64,000 nt of DNA from Halocafeteria seosinensis. Lineage: Eukaryota. Below, piece after piece: positions 15,001 through 28,275 of this stretch (position 1 is the first letter of the stretch; every line of letters begins with the position of its first letter). The DNA lies in NCBI GenBank assembly GCA_001687465.1, contig LVLI01000344.1, positions 1 to 64,000 of the forward strand. The letters run 5' to 3'. Both the position numbers and the translations under genes were made by a program. The notes below the pieces were generated by a model. The model made no database searches, had not been told where the DNA came from, and saw only the letters and a list, made by a program, of their open reading frames with translations.

Positions 15001-18000
15001 TCAGAACAACGTTTTGCGTTGCACTCACAAGTACCTTACCGGCACTTTCGGCATCTCCTGAGGAGACCAGAATGTTGCCGCCTCCTTTCCGTTCCTCGTC
15101 CGCGCGTATTGTCGACAAGATGACTATGTCAGAAAGGGAGTTACGAAAGCTCACTCCACCACCATCAAGCGCTTGAAGACTCAGCGTGCCTCTCGTGGTT
15201 ACTCCAAATTGGGATGTCACGAGCTGGATACTAGCACCAGCATCCAAGAAGATCGAACCAGATATATTTTGCCCCGAAAAGCCGTTGCGGAGTCTTATGT
15301 TCCCAGCAGTCTCGAGTGTTACTCCGCCACTATCTATAGGAGAATTTCCTGTATCTAGTGATAATCCGGCCCTTGAGCGAATGGCCACATGACCGGTGGT
15401 TGCGGCAGTTCCTGTGAGTACCGCTACATCGCCTGAAATGTTTGTCGACGCACCGGACCCAACAGTCACTTCTCCACTTATGTGACCCTCTCCCGAAATG
15501 ATGTATGATCCACTTGTACTCCGTGCGAGAATACTCCCACCTGAAAATTTTCCAGCACCTGCAGTCAGAGAAATGGAGCCGGAACGTGTCCTATCCCTGG
15601 CCGTACGGATGGAAATGCTCGCCGGATGCACTGAATAACCGACTCCCAAAAATACAGAGCCTGAGCGAGCACCTCCAATGGTGACGGATCCACTCATGCT
15701 GCCTCCTCCTGTAGAAATTCGTATCGAACCGCTGGAGTCACCGTCCGTGGTTTTCAGGAAATGAGAATCTGCATCGAGTTCAATGTTTCCTCCTCTTTTG
15801 CATTCACTGGCCCCAGACGATACGGCAACCATCCCACCCTGTGCACAGTGAGAGTCACCAGCAATTAGTTTGAATCCAGGGCTTCCATAGTTACTGTTTC
15901 CCGCTGCAATCTTTGCCATTCCAGCACTATACCTACTATCGCCTATACCAAAAAGCACCCTCCCAGAATCGTTCCGATTTGAGTTGGAGGTGTTGAACAT
16001 GATGTGTCCGGTATTGTATCCACTACCCGTGGAAAATTCCGCCCCGCGACTACCGGAAGCAATGCGCACGTTGCCTGAGATCCGGCTGCTACCAGTAGCG
16101 AGAATCACCTCGCCGCTTTGAGATTCATGAGTACTACCAGTATTTATGGTAATACTCCCGCTGTGCCTTGATCCTGCCGTTCGTACCTGTACCGAGCCGG
16201 AGACGTTAGAGGCAAACCCACTCATGAAGCTGAGTTCCCCTGAGATAGACCCTCTCCCAGTTCTAAGTTCAGCACACCCCGCCTCAAAGGCAACCCCTCC
16301 TAAACCAACACGCGATATCATACCAAACCGAGTAGCGTGAGTAGTAATGGATCCGTCCGTTGCAGTCACTGCAACAGTACCAACTGCACCACTAGAAATG
16401 GAAATCGAATCAGCAGCCTTTGCTTTGATGCTCCCAGCGTGGCGATGACTAAATCCGGTCTCAGCTATAATGGAGCCACTGCCGTCACTAGAACCTCTTC
16501 CTGTGAAAATTCGAACATTGCCAGATAAACTTTGAGCATTTCCTGTATGCAAACAGAGGGATGCCGAACTGGCTTGCAGATGCGATTGTGAAGTAATTTC
16601 AACAGCGCCTGTGACACGATTCCCTTTCCCCGTGGAGAAAAGGACACTATTTCCTGCCAGAACAAGGTTCCCGGCTACGCCCCGGCTGCCTCCGGTGGAT
16701 AGGAAAATCGCCCCAGATACACCTTTTGCCTTGCCAGTTGTTAAACCTACACTACCTTCGCTATAATACCGTTGTTCCCCACCGCTTTTTGTTCCACCCG
16801 TTGACTCAAGCACTACTGAACCTGCATTATGAGCCGCACGTCCACTGCTAACCACAATTGTACCAGAGTTGGATCCAACCCCCGTGTCAATCTTTATTGA
16901 ACCTGACCGCCAACTGCCATCTGTAGAAAGCTCTACGTCCCCTGTGCTTGTCCCATTGTTTGATTCGATACGTAGCGTGGAAGACTCGATGAGGATAGTT
17001 GAGCTACGAAGTAGGACACTACCCGCACTTTCGATAGCAGGTCCAGTCCGAAACAAAATTTCACGCGTAAAACGACCACCCATTTCTATGGCATTCGTGC
17101 TGCGCATGTTTACGCTACCTCCCGAGCTTCCAAAACTGCGTCCCGTTCGTATTACAGTCGGGGCAAAAGGCCCTGTCTCCGATTTTTGGCCTGCAAGTAG
17201 AATTCTGTTGGATGCAGCAAGCTGGATCTTGCCAGTAGTAGCACCGCCTCCGGAAGATATCATAACACTTCCAGAGTTCTGAATCGAGCTCGGCGGCGAT
17301 GACACGTCGAAAGAACGCCCTGTCAAAAGAACACTACTAGCCGAGGAGAGATAAGCATTGCCCCCGGTCTGACCTTCACCAGATTTTAAATGAATGCTCC
17401 CACCACGATGCACGGAAGAGCCCGCAAGTACGCTGACCTGCCCACTCCTCTTCAAGCTATTTCCGGACCTAAGGATGATACTCGAAGATACATTGCCACT
17501 CCCACTTGAGAAGCTCAAGTTTCCGGATGCTTTGGACGCAGGTGTGGTTAGAGACACAATACCTCCACTTACAATGATCGCTCCCGAAACACTCGTGCCA
17601 TTTCCGGAAGACACTGTAATGGATCCACCATGGGTTCCATTGCCCCCCACTATCTGCATAGACCGTGGGACACCGGCCGATGTGCCGCCTCGCAGTTCTA
17701 CAGAGCCTCCAGAGCGGACACCGTCTCCAACAGCAATTTGAACCCTTCCAGAAGATATTGTGTTCGTTTGTGTAGAGAAAGAGATCCCCCCTGATCTCCA
17801 CGCGGGTCCAGTTAATAGTCTCCCCATCCCTGAAGAAGAGGAAGATACAGTCCCTATCCGGACAGAGCCAGATACCGAGTTGAGTTCCAGGGCACCGCTT
17901 TTCACTCCAGTTCCCGTTACAAGAGAAACACCAGCTGCCGTTCGCACTGTTGTTGCACCAGGGCGCACACGAATATCACCCGATGGCCCTGAAGCACTTC

Positions 18001-21000
18001 CAGTGAATACGCCCACAAGACCACTCCTTTCAGCACCGTTCCCTGAACCGATAGCCAGGGAGCCGGGCGAGCGGATATTCATATCCCCAGAGCTCTCTCC
18101 ACACCCTGTCTTCAGCCGCAACGAACCACTTATGTGGCCTTTTCCACTGCCAAGACTTATGTTGCCTCCAGAATTCCCAAATCCAGCAGATATGGTCGAG
18201 CCACCACTGCTGGTATAGGAGCATCCCCCCGCAAACGTAACATCCCCGGATTTCATCCCTGAATCTCCTGTTCGAAGGACTATTCCAGGAAGCGCCGGGC
18301 CGCCACATCCTCTTAGCACGGTGTTCCCGCTCACTTCCGAGTTACCAGTGCCAAAGCCTACGTCACCGCTGTTGTTAGATATCCCCGTAGATAGTACGAT
18401 AATACTAGAACCACCACGTCCCATTGTGGCAAATGATACCGATCCACTCAATTCATTTGAATCGCCTGAGGCCAACGCCAGTCCGTCAGCGCCACTGGAA
18501 ACGAGAAATGCTTCCTCGGAAGACACTCGAACTAGGCCAGACGACAAACCGGTCCCAGAGGACAAACGTACGACGCTCCCTTTGCTCCGAGATCCAGAGA
18601 TAATAGAGATTTCCCCTCCCTTGCTACTGAAATCCACGGAGCCACTACTCAGTGACCCATTTCCGCTGAACAATGAAAGGGAGCCTGCCTTAGAGCTTGA
18701 TCCTGTTCCGAGGCGCAAACTTCCTGAGGTCGGAGCGACGCCAGATAAAAGGCGGATAAGTCCAGACTGGATTCCACAACGAGTGCTAAACTGAACACCC
18801 CCACCTCTAACTGCACCATGCGAGGCGATAACACTCAGGTTTCCACCAATCATCCCTTCGCCCCCAAGAAATGAAATACTTCCAGGTGTCTGTCGAGAGG
18901 AAGAAGCTGCAATAGACATACCCGAAACGACGCCCCAGTCGTGAACGCCTCCATTCAGCAGAACGTCACCGCTTGAGACCCAGCCGTTGCCGGTTTGTAA
19001 TACAGTATCGGAAGCACTCGTTACATTCATTTCACCACCGTGCAGATGGACGCTACCTGAAGTGAGAGCCCCCATTGCTGTACGAAGAGAAAGAATCCTA
19101 GTCGTAGAAGATCCAAGCTGCACGATTCCGGCTTCCCCAGTAGTTTGTAAAATGATTCCCCCACCAAACGTCCCCCCTGAACCAGCCAATAGGGACAGAG
19201 CGCCACCACGTTCATGTGCTTTACCACTTCTGAGGTGTATATGCCCACTGGTCTCACCGTCTCCTGTCGCAAATTCAATTGAACCACTGGTACGAATGGA
19301 GTTCCCCGTATTTAGGCGCACAGAACCCGACAAACGCCTAGCTGACGGAGTACGTACCATCATATCTCCCATTTTACCTGTCCCACTACTTAGCCTGACG
19401 GCTGTGGAAACAATAGATGCTTGAGAACCACTCCGTTCTTTGCCTCGGCCTGCGTCGACCAGTATCTCGCCACTACGTTCTTCGGAGTAACCTGACGACA
19501 GTGTAACGTCTCCTCCAGTTCTTAAACTACTACCGGAAACAAGAAATATGTTGCCAGAGCTACTTCCCGAGCCGGAGCCGATCCGTACACAGCCAGAAAC
19601 ACTTGATGAGCCCGTTCCAAACATGACAGCGCCACTGTGAACGGCATTGTCCGACGCAATTCTAACAGCACCCGAGACGTCCCCCATCCCTGAATCAACA
19701 GTAACACTACCACCAGATAACGAGGAAAACGCGTCGCCAGCAGAAAGAGCAATAGTCCCCCCTTTATATGCCAGCCCACCATAACCACGCACGTCTCCCC
19801 CGTGTCCAGTAAAGCTGTCACCCGCATTGACACTAAAATCCCCGGAGGATAATAGTGACCCACCAGAGCGAATGTCAACGTCGCCTGTAGAACGTATACT
19901 TTCCCCTGTCCGAATTGATAAATGCCCGCCATGGCTGCCGAAAGAACCACCAGAAACAACCATGATATTACCGCCAGGTGAAAGGCCCGAGGAGAAGCCT
20001 GTGTAAAACGCCACTCCACCGGAATTGCTCTTGCCGTAGCCACTTCTGACAGACAACCCGGAGCTGCTCCCCTTCTTTGAATCTCCGCTTTTCAGGAGAA
20101 CATTACCACTCCTCTCGCTACTAAGCGTCCTCAAAGAAACGTGACGCCGTTGGTGGGAGATAAGGACTACGTGCCCACTTGAGTATAAGCCTGAACCTGA
20201 AGACAGACTGACGCCTCCATCACCATGGAAGCCTACCTGCCCACTCCCTTGGAAAACACCAGCGTGACCACCATCAAGTGGCGTTGTACCAATTGCTGAT
20301 CCTCCAGACAGCCGAACCCTTCCACTCTCGTGAGCCCCATCCCCAGATTGCACCAAAATATGGCTAGTGTTTGTACCGCCTACGAAAACAGTTGAACCAT
20401 TGCTTCGAACACTACTCCCTCCTAACACACGGAGTGGAGAAGTTTTCCCGAAACTATCGCCGGTACTCAGGACAATATCCCCGCTAACTATACGCCCACC
20501 CGGGCTTGATAGATATAGACCGCCACTTTTGTGAGAAGAGTAGCCGGTGTAAAGTAGGATAGCTCCTGATGTCTTGCGCCCCCCTGCGTTGACAACGATA
20601 TTTCCGCCAAACGATCCATCTCCACCTACGACGCCCATTGATCCCACTGATCCACAGCTAGAACCTGTACTTATGCGTATGGATCCTGAAGTCAATAACT
20701 GAAGGGATGAGGGGAGATTTTTCTTGGATGAACCGAGTACAGTGACTGTGCCGCCTCCTTCGCTCCCTAAATGCACATTCCCTCCTCTAACACCGTCTCC
20801 CCCAATCAGCACAAGGGTATTGGAGGCATTTCCAGACACTTGGGTCAGGACAACGCTTCCGGCTGAAAACCTGCTCGGACCTGTAGCAAGGGAAATAGAC
20901 CCAGAGCTCGTGCTGGCATTCCCCGTTAGTACGCCAAGCTGCGTTGAAGCTATACGCAGGCATCCAGAGAAAGCGCCATTGCCACTACGTATGGTTGCAC

Positions 21001-24000
21001 TTCCACTTGATTTTTCAGCTTTGCCAGTCACAAACTGTGTCCAGGAGCCCTTCAGAGTAAGGTTCCCCGTGAGACCGGAAGCTGGACTCCCTAGTATCAC
21101 GTCACCACTGGCAAACGAGTTTCCCGAAGATAGTCTCAAAAGCCGACTTGCCTGTAGAAAGACGTCGCCCCCACTCTTCTTGCTGGTGTAACCGCCTTGT
21201 ACTCTCACGCTACCCCCTATAGACGATCCTTTCCCCGCTACTACCGAAACCAGCTCTCCGCCAATCAGCAACGACCCAGCCGTACCAAGAAGAGCGGAAC
21301 CACTATTCCCCGTTTTGAGGGTTACAGTTCCAGCTTCTAAGGACGAGTTCCCTGTTTGAATCCGCAAACCTCCAGAAAAGTAGGAATAAGCGGTTGCTAT
21401 CGTCATATTTCCGCCCCCAACACCAGCTTGCAGAGAAACGTTACCTGCGGCTGCATCTGAAGAGCCCGACATCAGCACAACACCTCGATTGGACGCAGAA
21501 TCACCGAATCCAGCCATTAGGCTTATGTTACCACTACACATATTCGCATCGTGGGAAGCGATGGCTATATTCCCAGTATCCGCAGCGGAACCAGTTCTCA
21601 ACACAATACGCGATTTGTCTCGAAGGGTTTGTAACTGTAAATTTCCACTCCGGCTTAACCCTTCGCCACTACGCAGAACGATTTCACCACCGCCGAAACT
21701 TTCAAACCTTAAATCGCCGCCTTCAGCATTAGAGTCTCTACCGGCACTGTGCCCTGCCTTAATTTGGACAAGACCACCTCTATTAGAGTACCCTGCGCGG
21801 ACAACGACAGAGCCGGTGTCCCTGTCACTATTAGCTGTGAACAGTGAAACTGCTCCGGCCACCCCAAAGGGGGAGCTACCGACTGCCACAGTGACGCTTC
21901 CGGAGTTTCCACCAGCACTGCCTGAGAGCAACCGGACGTCTGCAGAGCGAGTATAGGCAGTACCACTGGCCAAGCGAAATGCTGAACTATTGAAACTGCT
22001 ACGAGTGGCAAGGCTCACCGTCCCGGTACTTCCTCTTTGATTCACCGACATAATGCGAATAGCTGCACCCTTCCAGTAGCCGACCCCGCCCTGGAACAGA
22101 ACCTCTCCACCCCCTAGTCCTAAGCCCCCTTTGATATCTAAAGAGCTTCCGTTCGAAGCAGAATGTCCTGTTCCAACCAAAAGATTACCGGATTTGTCTG
22201 AGGTACCCGTGAAAATTGTAAGGTCACCACTAGCTCCGCGGATTCCTCCTCGTGCACTCCGAATGTGTGCACAGCCAGAGGACACCCAACCATTTCCTGT
22301 CTTGACGTCCACAACTCCGCCAGCTTTACTTATGCTTGCCCCTGACTGAAGGTGTACTAATCCGCCTTCAGCTTCATCATCGCGGGCTTTGGTATCCCCT
22401 CCGGCAAGCTCTATATCTCCCCCAGGCCCTTTTGCTCCGTCACCACCGCGTAACACTATCTCACCGTGGTGGGCGACGCCCCGTCCTGGACTGATAGTTA
22501 CGTCCCCCCCGTTGTCAAGTTCGCTATGCCCTGCAGCGATACTTACTCTTCCCCCTTGGGAGATTGACCTGCCAATACGCAAAACAATCTTGCCGCTACT
22601 TCCGTTACGACTCGCAGATGTATACATCGAAAGGTCCCCCGACTGCACTAAGGATGATGCCGTTTTCGCTACGATCGCCCCCGATATCCATGATTGATGA
22701 GTACCAATCACAACATCACCCCCCGCTCCAAGGGTTGCCCTACCACCTCCAATCAACAATCGAGAAGACGACCGTTTTGCTCCCGTCGTGGAGCCACCAG
22801 AGTGAAGTCGGAACGTTCCGGCCGTGGATCCAGACCCTGTACGGATTCTTACGGAACCTCCCGTGGTCCTGGAGCTGTGCGTGTCTCCCCCATTTAATTG
22901 GATTAGAGCCCCTTTGTTCTCACTCTTGCGAAGATTTCGACCGGTACGTACGCGGATGTGAGTTCCACCAATTGAAATGCTTCCTGAGACGCCGTCTCGT
23001 GTAGCTCTCCCACTTAGCAGTTTAACACCTCCGGAGCTCCCCAAAACACTATCAGAAGTTGTAAACGTTACACTCTCGCCACTACGTAGCACCATATGTC
23101 CACCAATCATGCCACCATCACCGCCTCTCACATCTACAGAACCTGATTCGCCGGCTGTAAGAGAAGCCAGCAGTATGTTCCCACCCGAAGTTCCTCGTCC
23201 TCCCGAAAGAGATATATGCCCCCCATACTCCCCATCTCCTGCTAGTGCGCGAATGCGATTTGTTGTGCTAGCATGCGATATTGCCGACAATGTAATATCT
23301 CCAACTTGTGTGTACCCCTTGCCCGTTGTTATCTGGACAGAGCCAGAAATCGGTCCGTTGCCCGAGAAGACCTTCACCGGGCCAGTACCCACAAGTCCTT
23401 TTCCTGTAAGTAGAGCTATCTGCCCTGAATTGCTTTTTGAGGTGGCACTCGAAATTCTTATAGGTCCGGAGGCACGGCTAGGAGAGCCATAGCCTGTTGC
23501 TATACCTACGATTCCACCGTATCTTTCGGAACTTCCTCCTATAACCTTGATGTTACCTGCAGACATCCGAGACGTCCCAGACACTACATTAATTGATCCT
23601 GAGGTGGCATTCTGGGTATTGCCTGTCTTTAGAAGGACTACAGAGGATTCCCAATTCAAACTACCGCTTGAACTCCCGAATCCTGACCGGATTAGTAGTG
23701 GGCCAGATTTGAGCCTGGACTCTCCTGACGAAAGAATCATTTTTGCACCGCCAATATAGACGCGACCACCTTCTGCATTATCCTCTTGATCACGACCACT
23801 GACTAAAACATTACCTCCCTGTTCCCCATTACCTCCCCCCACTTTTACTGTGCCACTTGATTGTGTTGTGTTCCCTGGTGATATCAGTATGGCACCGCCA
23901 CTAATTGCGTTGATTGGACCTGACTTGAGCTCACCTGTCCCCGTGTGTATCATTACTAATCCCGAATGACAGTCACTGAGACCGCTTGAAACCGTGACAC

Positions 24001-25239
24001 TCCCACTCTCTGTTCCGGAGTGTTGAGAGGAGATACTAATGCTGGTATGTCCCACTCCTCCGCTCGAGCCGAGCAATTGAACAGAGCCTCCTTTAGAGAT
24101 TGAACCGCCACCCTTTATGACAATATTACCGCTGCTTAAGCCTAAAATATCTCCTCCCTCGCTACTACTATTACCAGCGCGAAGAAGGATAGAACCGCTC
24201 CTGCTTCCTTTTGCTCCGCTAAAGAGTGTAACATTTCCAGACCGTCCTGTTGAAACCCCTGACGATATCACCACATATCCTGATCGAGGAGAGACGGCTG
24301 TAAATATCGAGGACACCCCACTTTTCACACCGCTTCCACTTGAGAGTGCAAGTCTCCCATGCGACAGCACACTGATATGCCCTCCTTGGTTAGCTGTGGT
24401 CTGAGCATGCAGAGTCACGTTGCCCGGCCATTTCCTGGCTTGCGAACTCATTCCAGCGCGAAAGCATAGCTCTCCCATGTGTTCACCCGGAATGCTAACC
24501 ATCTGAATGGTCGTAAAATTCAATGTTGCTTGCTGAGGGGTAATAGAAGCACCACTGCTGCTTGACTGGTACGACAACCCGGAGACATGCTCGTCACTTG
24601 GTTGAGCAATCTCCAACATGCCACTGACCCTTGTAACTGCGGAAGAAAATGAAGCGGATACAATTGCAACATCCGAAAAGAACGTACATCGACCTACTAG
24701 ATGTGAAAGCCGACGGACATGGAGTGTCAAAAACTGTTCCTCGACACATGTATTCGAACACAGACTCTAGAGGAACGCATATGCTCTGAGAAGTGCACCA
24801 CGCACAGCTGCTATCTAGTGCGCACACGGAGCATTCCCTCCATGAAAAGCATTCTGCATTTTGAACAATGTTGGCTACCAGAAATTCTTATTGATGGTTT
24901 GGTCGAAGTATTGAGGGAGAGCTCACCTGAGCAATGTTCCGTGGATTGTATCCATAGATTGCATTCTCCAGCGATTGAGTCATCTATACCTGCCCCAAAT
25001 TTACACTCATCTTTCTCCACGCAGTAGCGACACTCAGGAATTTCAGTACATTCCCGGCATCTGCGAGCACACCGCGGGTGTATAACAAGTTGGGAACATG
25101 GCGATGTTCAAACGTACCCTTTACGGGTTTCACACGACTCCATCCCAACGGAATGCTGCGCAAGGGCAGAACACAGAACGAAAAGGATCGCAGTGCGTGT
25201 GATGATGTTCGTTGCACAAATGGTCTGAGAGTTGGCCAT
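1..25239 (-). CDS. Giant secreted Gly/Ser/Thr-rich beta-repeat (adhesin/fibre-like) protein with N-terminal PSI-like Cys modules; >8,300 aa, C-terminus truncated by the window edge
   Basis: ATG at 25239 gives MANSQTICATNIITRTAILFVLCSALA-QHS (hydrophobic signal peptide). Introns at 25117-25061 (GTACGT..CGCAG) and 24697-24637 (GTAGGT..CCGCAG). Cys modules CETRKGCRECTEIPECRYCVEKDEC and CFSWRECSVCALDSSCAWCTSQSIC. From 24636 to base 1 the frame appears stop-free: the ORF track lists no minus-strand ORF in this frame below 25130, and the Pro-rich + strand shadow ORFs keep one phase throughout. Sample translation near 9560-9715: SGGMFLSTGQSRSGRSGSAELSTGNTETGSSGSINLLVGSSTNGDGGSISLYS. One frame change near 24854-24878 is unresolved. 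Confidence 0.9.
7968..10065. repeat. Internal duplication in the giant gene, copy A (~2.1 kb)
   Basis: Aligns to 12867-14964 at a constant offset of 4899 nt (1633 codons), with scattered substitutions and no visible indel. Shadow ORFs are duplicated too (8181/13080, 8585/13484, 9048/13947). Confidence 0.97.
12867..14964. repeat. Internal duplication in the giant gene, copy B (~2.1 kb)
   Basis: Near-identical direct copy of 7968-10065, in frame. Confidence 0.97.
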
Positions 25240-25610
25240 GGCTCGGCGGCAGATTCCTCTTGGTATTGACTCCCCTCTGATGTCCTCCACTGTACACATT
25301 TCCGTATATATGACAGTCCTTGCTAATGCAAAGTTTCAGTTCCAACCACGTTGTTCGCCTAAAGACTATTCGAAAGAACCATCCATGTAGTTGGGGTGTG
25401 TCTCTTGTGCGTTTTGTGTCCTATCAGTTCCTTTTGTCCTGCTTTTTCCACCTCCCTGGTGACATTATCCACGATAAATCTCAGGCACTACGGTTTATGA
25501 TGGAAACAGAAAACAAACGCAACACTATTAGAAAACAGAGAATAGGTCTATGTCATGAAAAAAGCAACCGAGTTGTAGCGCTTTGTGCCACGTACACAAA
25601 CAAGGAGGGG

Positions 25611-25638
25611 AAAACGAAAAAAAAGAAAAAAAAAAAAA
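25611..25638 (+). repeat. A-rich homopolymer tract upstream of the giant gene
   Basis: aaaacgaaaaaaaagaaaaaaaaaaaaa seen directly in intergenic DNA. Confidence 0.8.
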
Positions 25639-26202
25639 TGTACGCCTACTTTACACAACAAAAAGATGAAATAACTATCCTACTACCTAGTTTATACTAC
25701 GCAAAACTATATTACGTTACATGTATAGCTCTCCTATGGTTGTGTGATACCCTAGAGCTCGTTATTTTGGCGCGGTAGTACCAACGAAATCAAATCAACT
25801 TCGAGTTAGTGAGCCGGGGGAAGGCAAAGGGGCACTGGACAGCTCAAATACCTCCGAAATGTTTGTCGTGTTTGCCGTCGAAAAGGAGGAATTCAGAATT
25901 CTGTGGTTATAGGGTACATTAATTTATTAGTGATTTGATAGAAAACCACAGGTATACAATCCCATGCTACGAATCTGTGGAGGAATCGATCGCTAGCACG
26001 GGAAAGACTTGTAATCAGTTGCCACCTACGCTGGGGGTGCAGGAATCCAAGCCATTATCAGATACCTAAGCCTCACGTTACAGTAAAAATTCTCTCTATG
26101 TAACTTGAGAGCTGTCTATTGGTCGAGAGTCCAGCCCCCCCCCCCCTTGAGCGAATGATCAGTGCCAGGTTTTCAATACCTGCTGTTCGCACGATTACCC
26201 TC

Positions 26203-27821
26203 TCATGTGATCCGTGTAAATGGGTTATCGCAATTGAAAAATTCGCAGATTTTGCGTGACAGCTCAAAGTGTCGTTTTGGGGGATTGATAATAGACTGCG
26301 TCATCAAAAGTGAGTACATCAGACAGCCTGGTTGTTGGAAATGGAGCAACATACCTGCAGCATTTCTTGTCTCTGTTTGTCACTCTCCAGTTTACCATAC
26401 GCCTCCATTAGAGACCGAAACGACGGGTAGTGTTTCACAATATTTAACGCTCTGTACATACTATACAGTAGTACCTTTAACCAAGATTGCAAAAAACACC
26501 TGAACGTACTTAGTTGTCGAAACCCCAGGTATCATCTGAAGTTGCGCATACCATACCGCAAGATCGCTTCGAACTAGACGCTGATGGTCTTCTGATTCTG
26601 TGACAGCATTGTCAAACAAAATACCATCATTTGATTACAGGTTGAGTGAGTGGCACCAACTTACTGGTGCTACCGTTGGGTCTGCTCCGTTTGTTCCCTC
26701 GTGGCTTAGAGCTTGAGCTCTGGGTAGGATTCGGAATTGAATAGTAAGAACATAAATACTCCAAAAAGCCTGCATCAAATGTAGCCTTCGTTCTTTGCGC
26801 TACGGCCAATGCTGCAGGCGACATTCTGTAAGGCTTCTCCGAAGCAGCTCTAGCTAAAGATACGAGAGCCTCAGCTGATTCAGCTTGATTAGCTGTCTTC
26901 CGGACTGTGACGTTCCGGGTTACATGCAACTTCACGGTAATCTCTGTAATTCTGTCCTCGGACATTCTGTTACGGTCATTGCTCTTTTTCTTCTCTCTTC
27001 CTGCATAAATGGAGCTTTCATACGGTAGCAGCAGAAGTGGAAACGGTCAAGCCTACCTTTACGAGCTAGGTAACTGGAGACACCTTGGAGCAAGACGATT
27101 ATTTCCGAAACCTCATCGACACTCGATCTGCAGAACGAACCAATCCGAGGTAAAAGGAACCTCATTCGTTGCTTGAACTCCGATGAGCACGTCGCTTACC
27201 TTAAGTCATCGAGAAATTCTAGCACCGATTTGATACCATTCGTTTCGAGTCTTGAGCAGAACTCTGACGCTTCCCAAACGACTACAACAAGTGGATCCAG
27301 GAGGGGATCCTCCGTATCCAAGGTGAGTGTTTTTCCTTCTACCCATGTACACATTCTGCAAGAGTGTGGGGTTTTGGAATACGTCAAAGCATGTCAACAT
27401 TTTAAAGATAATGGATGGCGACGACGTACTGGCGAAGGAATCGAAAAACATAAGGCGAGCCTCCCACTCCATTTCCCACACTGGGAACCCAGCGGACAAC
27501 TTGTGAGCCCTCAATTACCCTCATTTTGTAGTGATGTGCATATATCATGATGTTCTCGAGGAAAGGATACTTAAGCGCAGCTTGTTTATCGGAGCGATCA
27601 TAGCCGGATCCGTCCAGTTGAAACCGTCGGAGCTCATCCAGAAACGGTGACGATTCGGCATCAATAGCATTATGTGGGGCGACAATAGCCAATTCTTGAA
27701 GGGCAAAAGCACCCCGTCCTTGTCTCTTACGGTGAGCCGCAAGTTGCCTTTGCTTCTTTTCCTCAAGTGCGCGTTGTCGTTTCTCCTCTTTCTTTGAAGC
27801 TGCTGTACTTGCCGTCGCCAT
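26203..27821 (-). CDS. EME1: Crossover junction endonuclease subunit EME1/MMS4-like (ERCC4 + HhH), multi-exon
   Basis: Spliced segments PLVVVVWEASEF, IIVLLQGVSSYL, AEALVSLARAASEKPYR, WYAQLQMIPGVSTTKALNIVKHYPSFRSLMEAY and KRHFELSRKICEFFNCDNP match the EME1 ERCC4/HhH pattern. GT-AG introns. Stop TGA at 26205-26203. Confidence 0.8.
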
Positions 27822-28275
27822 CGTTTTCGACCCAAGAACACCAAATCACTCCACTTTTTATTCCCACTGATACTCTGCTATAAAGGGATGGAAAGGAACG
27901 AGCACACAAGCCACACAGTGTTGACAATTCCTCATTAAACTCTCCGCGCCCCGGGTTTGAATCAGGAAGCTACAAACGCGCAATCATTCCTTCGAGCTGA
28001 AGATTCAAATTTCCGAGGAATCCAAGCCTTTCAAAGCAGAGTGTTGTACCCCGTTCAGGAATTACCATTGGGTCAGTATGCCAACACTGGCTAAGGGATA
28101 GTCGGAGAGCTGACTGCATGACCGGCAAGCTTGGCTATTATTTGTAGAGAGAGGAGCGAGGCGTGTTTTCTCTTGGAAGCCACATGACGCAAAAAGAATT
28201 GTACATGCTATGGAGCGTTCCTTCAGTGTAGCCATACAACGAGCCGTGGAACGAAGAGTATAAAAGTAGATTATA

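Noticed and set aside
213..24404. Dozens of Pro-rich + strand ORFs (e.g. 3270-4286, 14319-15176)
   Set aside because: All share one phase and are antisense shadows of the Gly (GGN) codons of the giant minus-strand ORF.
1..24636. CRISPR array or DNA-level tandem repeat
   Set aside because: The periodicity is at protein level only. There are no identical short DNA repeats with spacers, and the context is eukaryotic.
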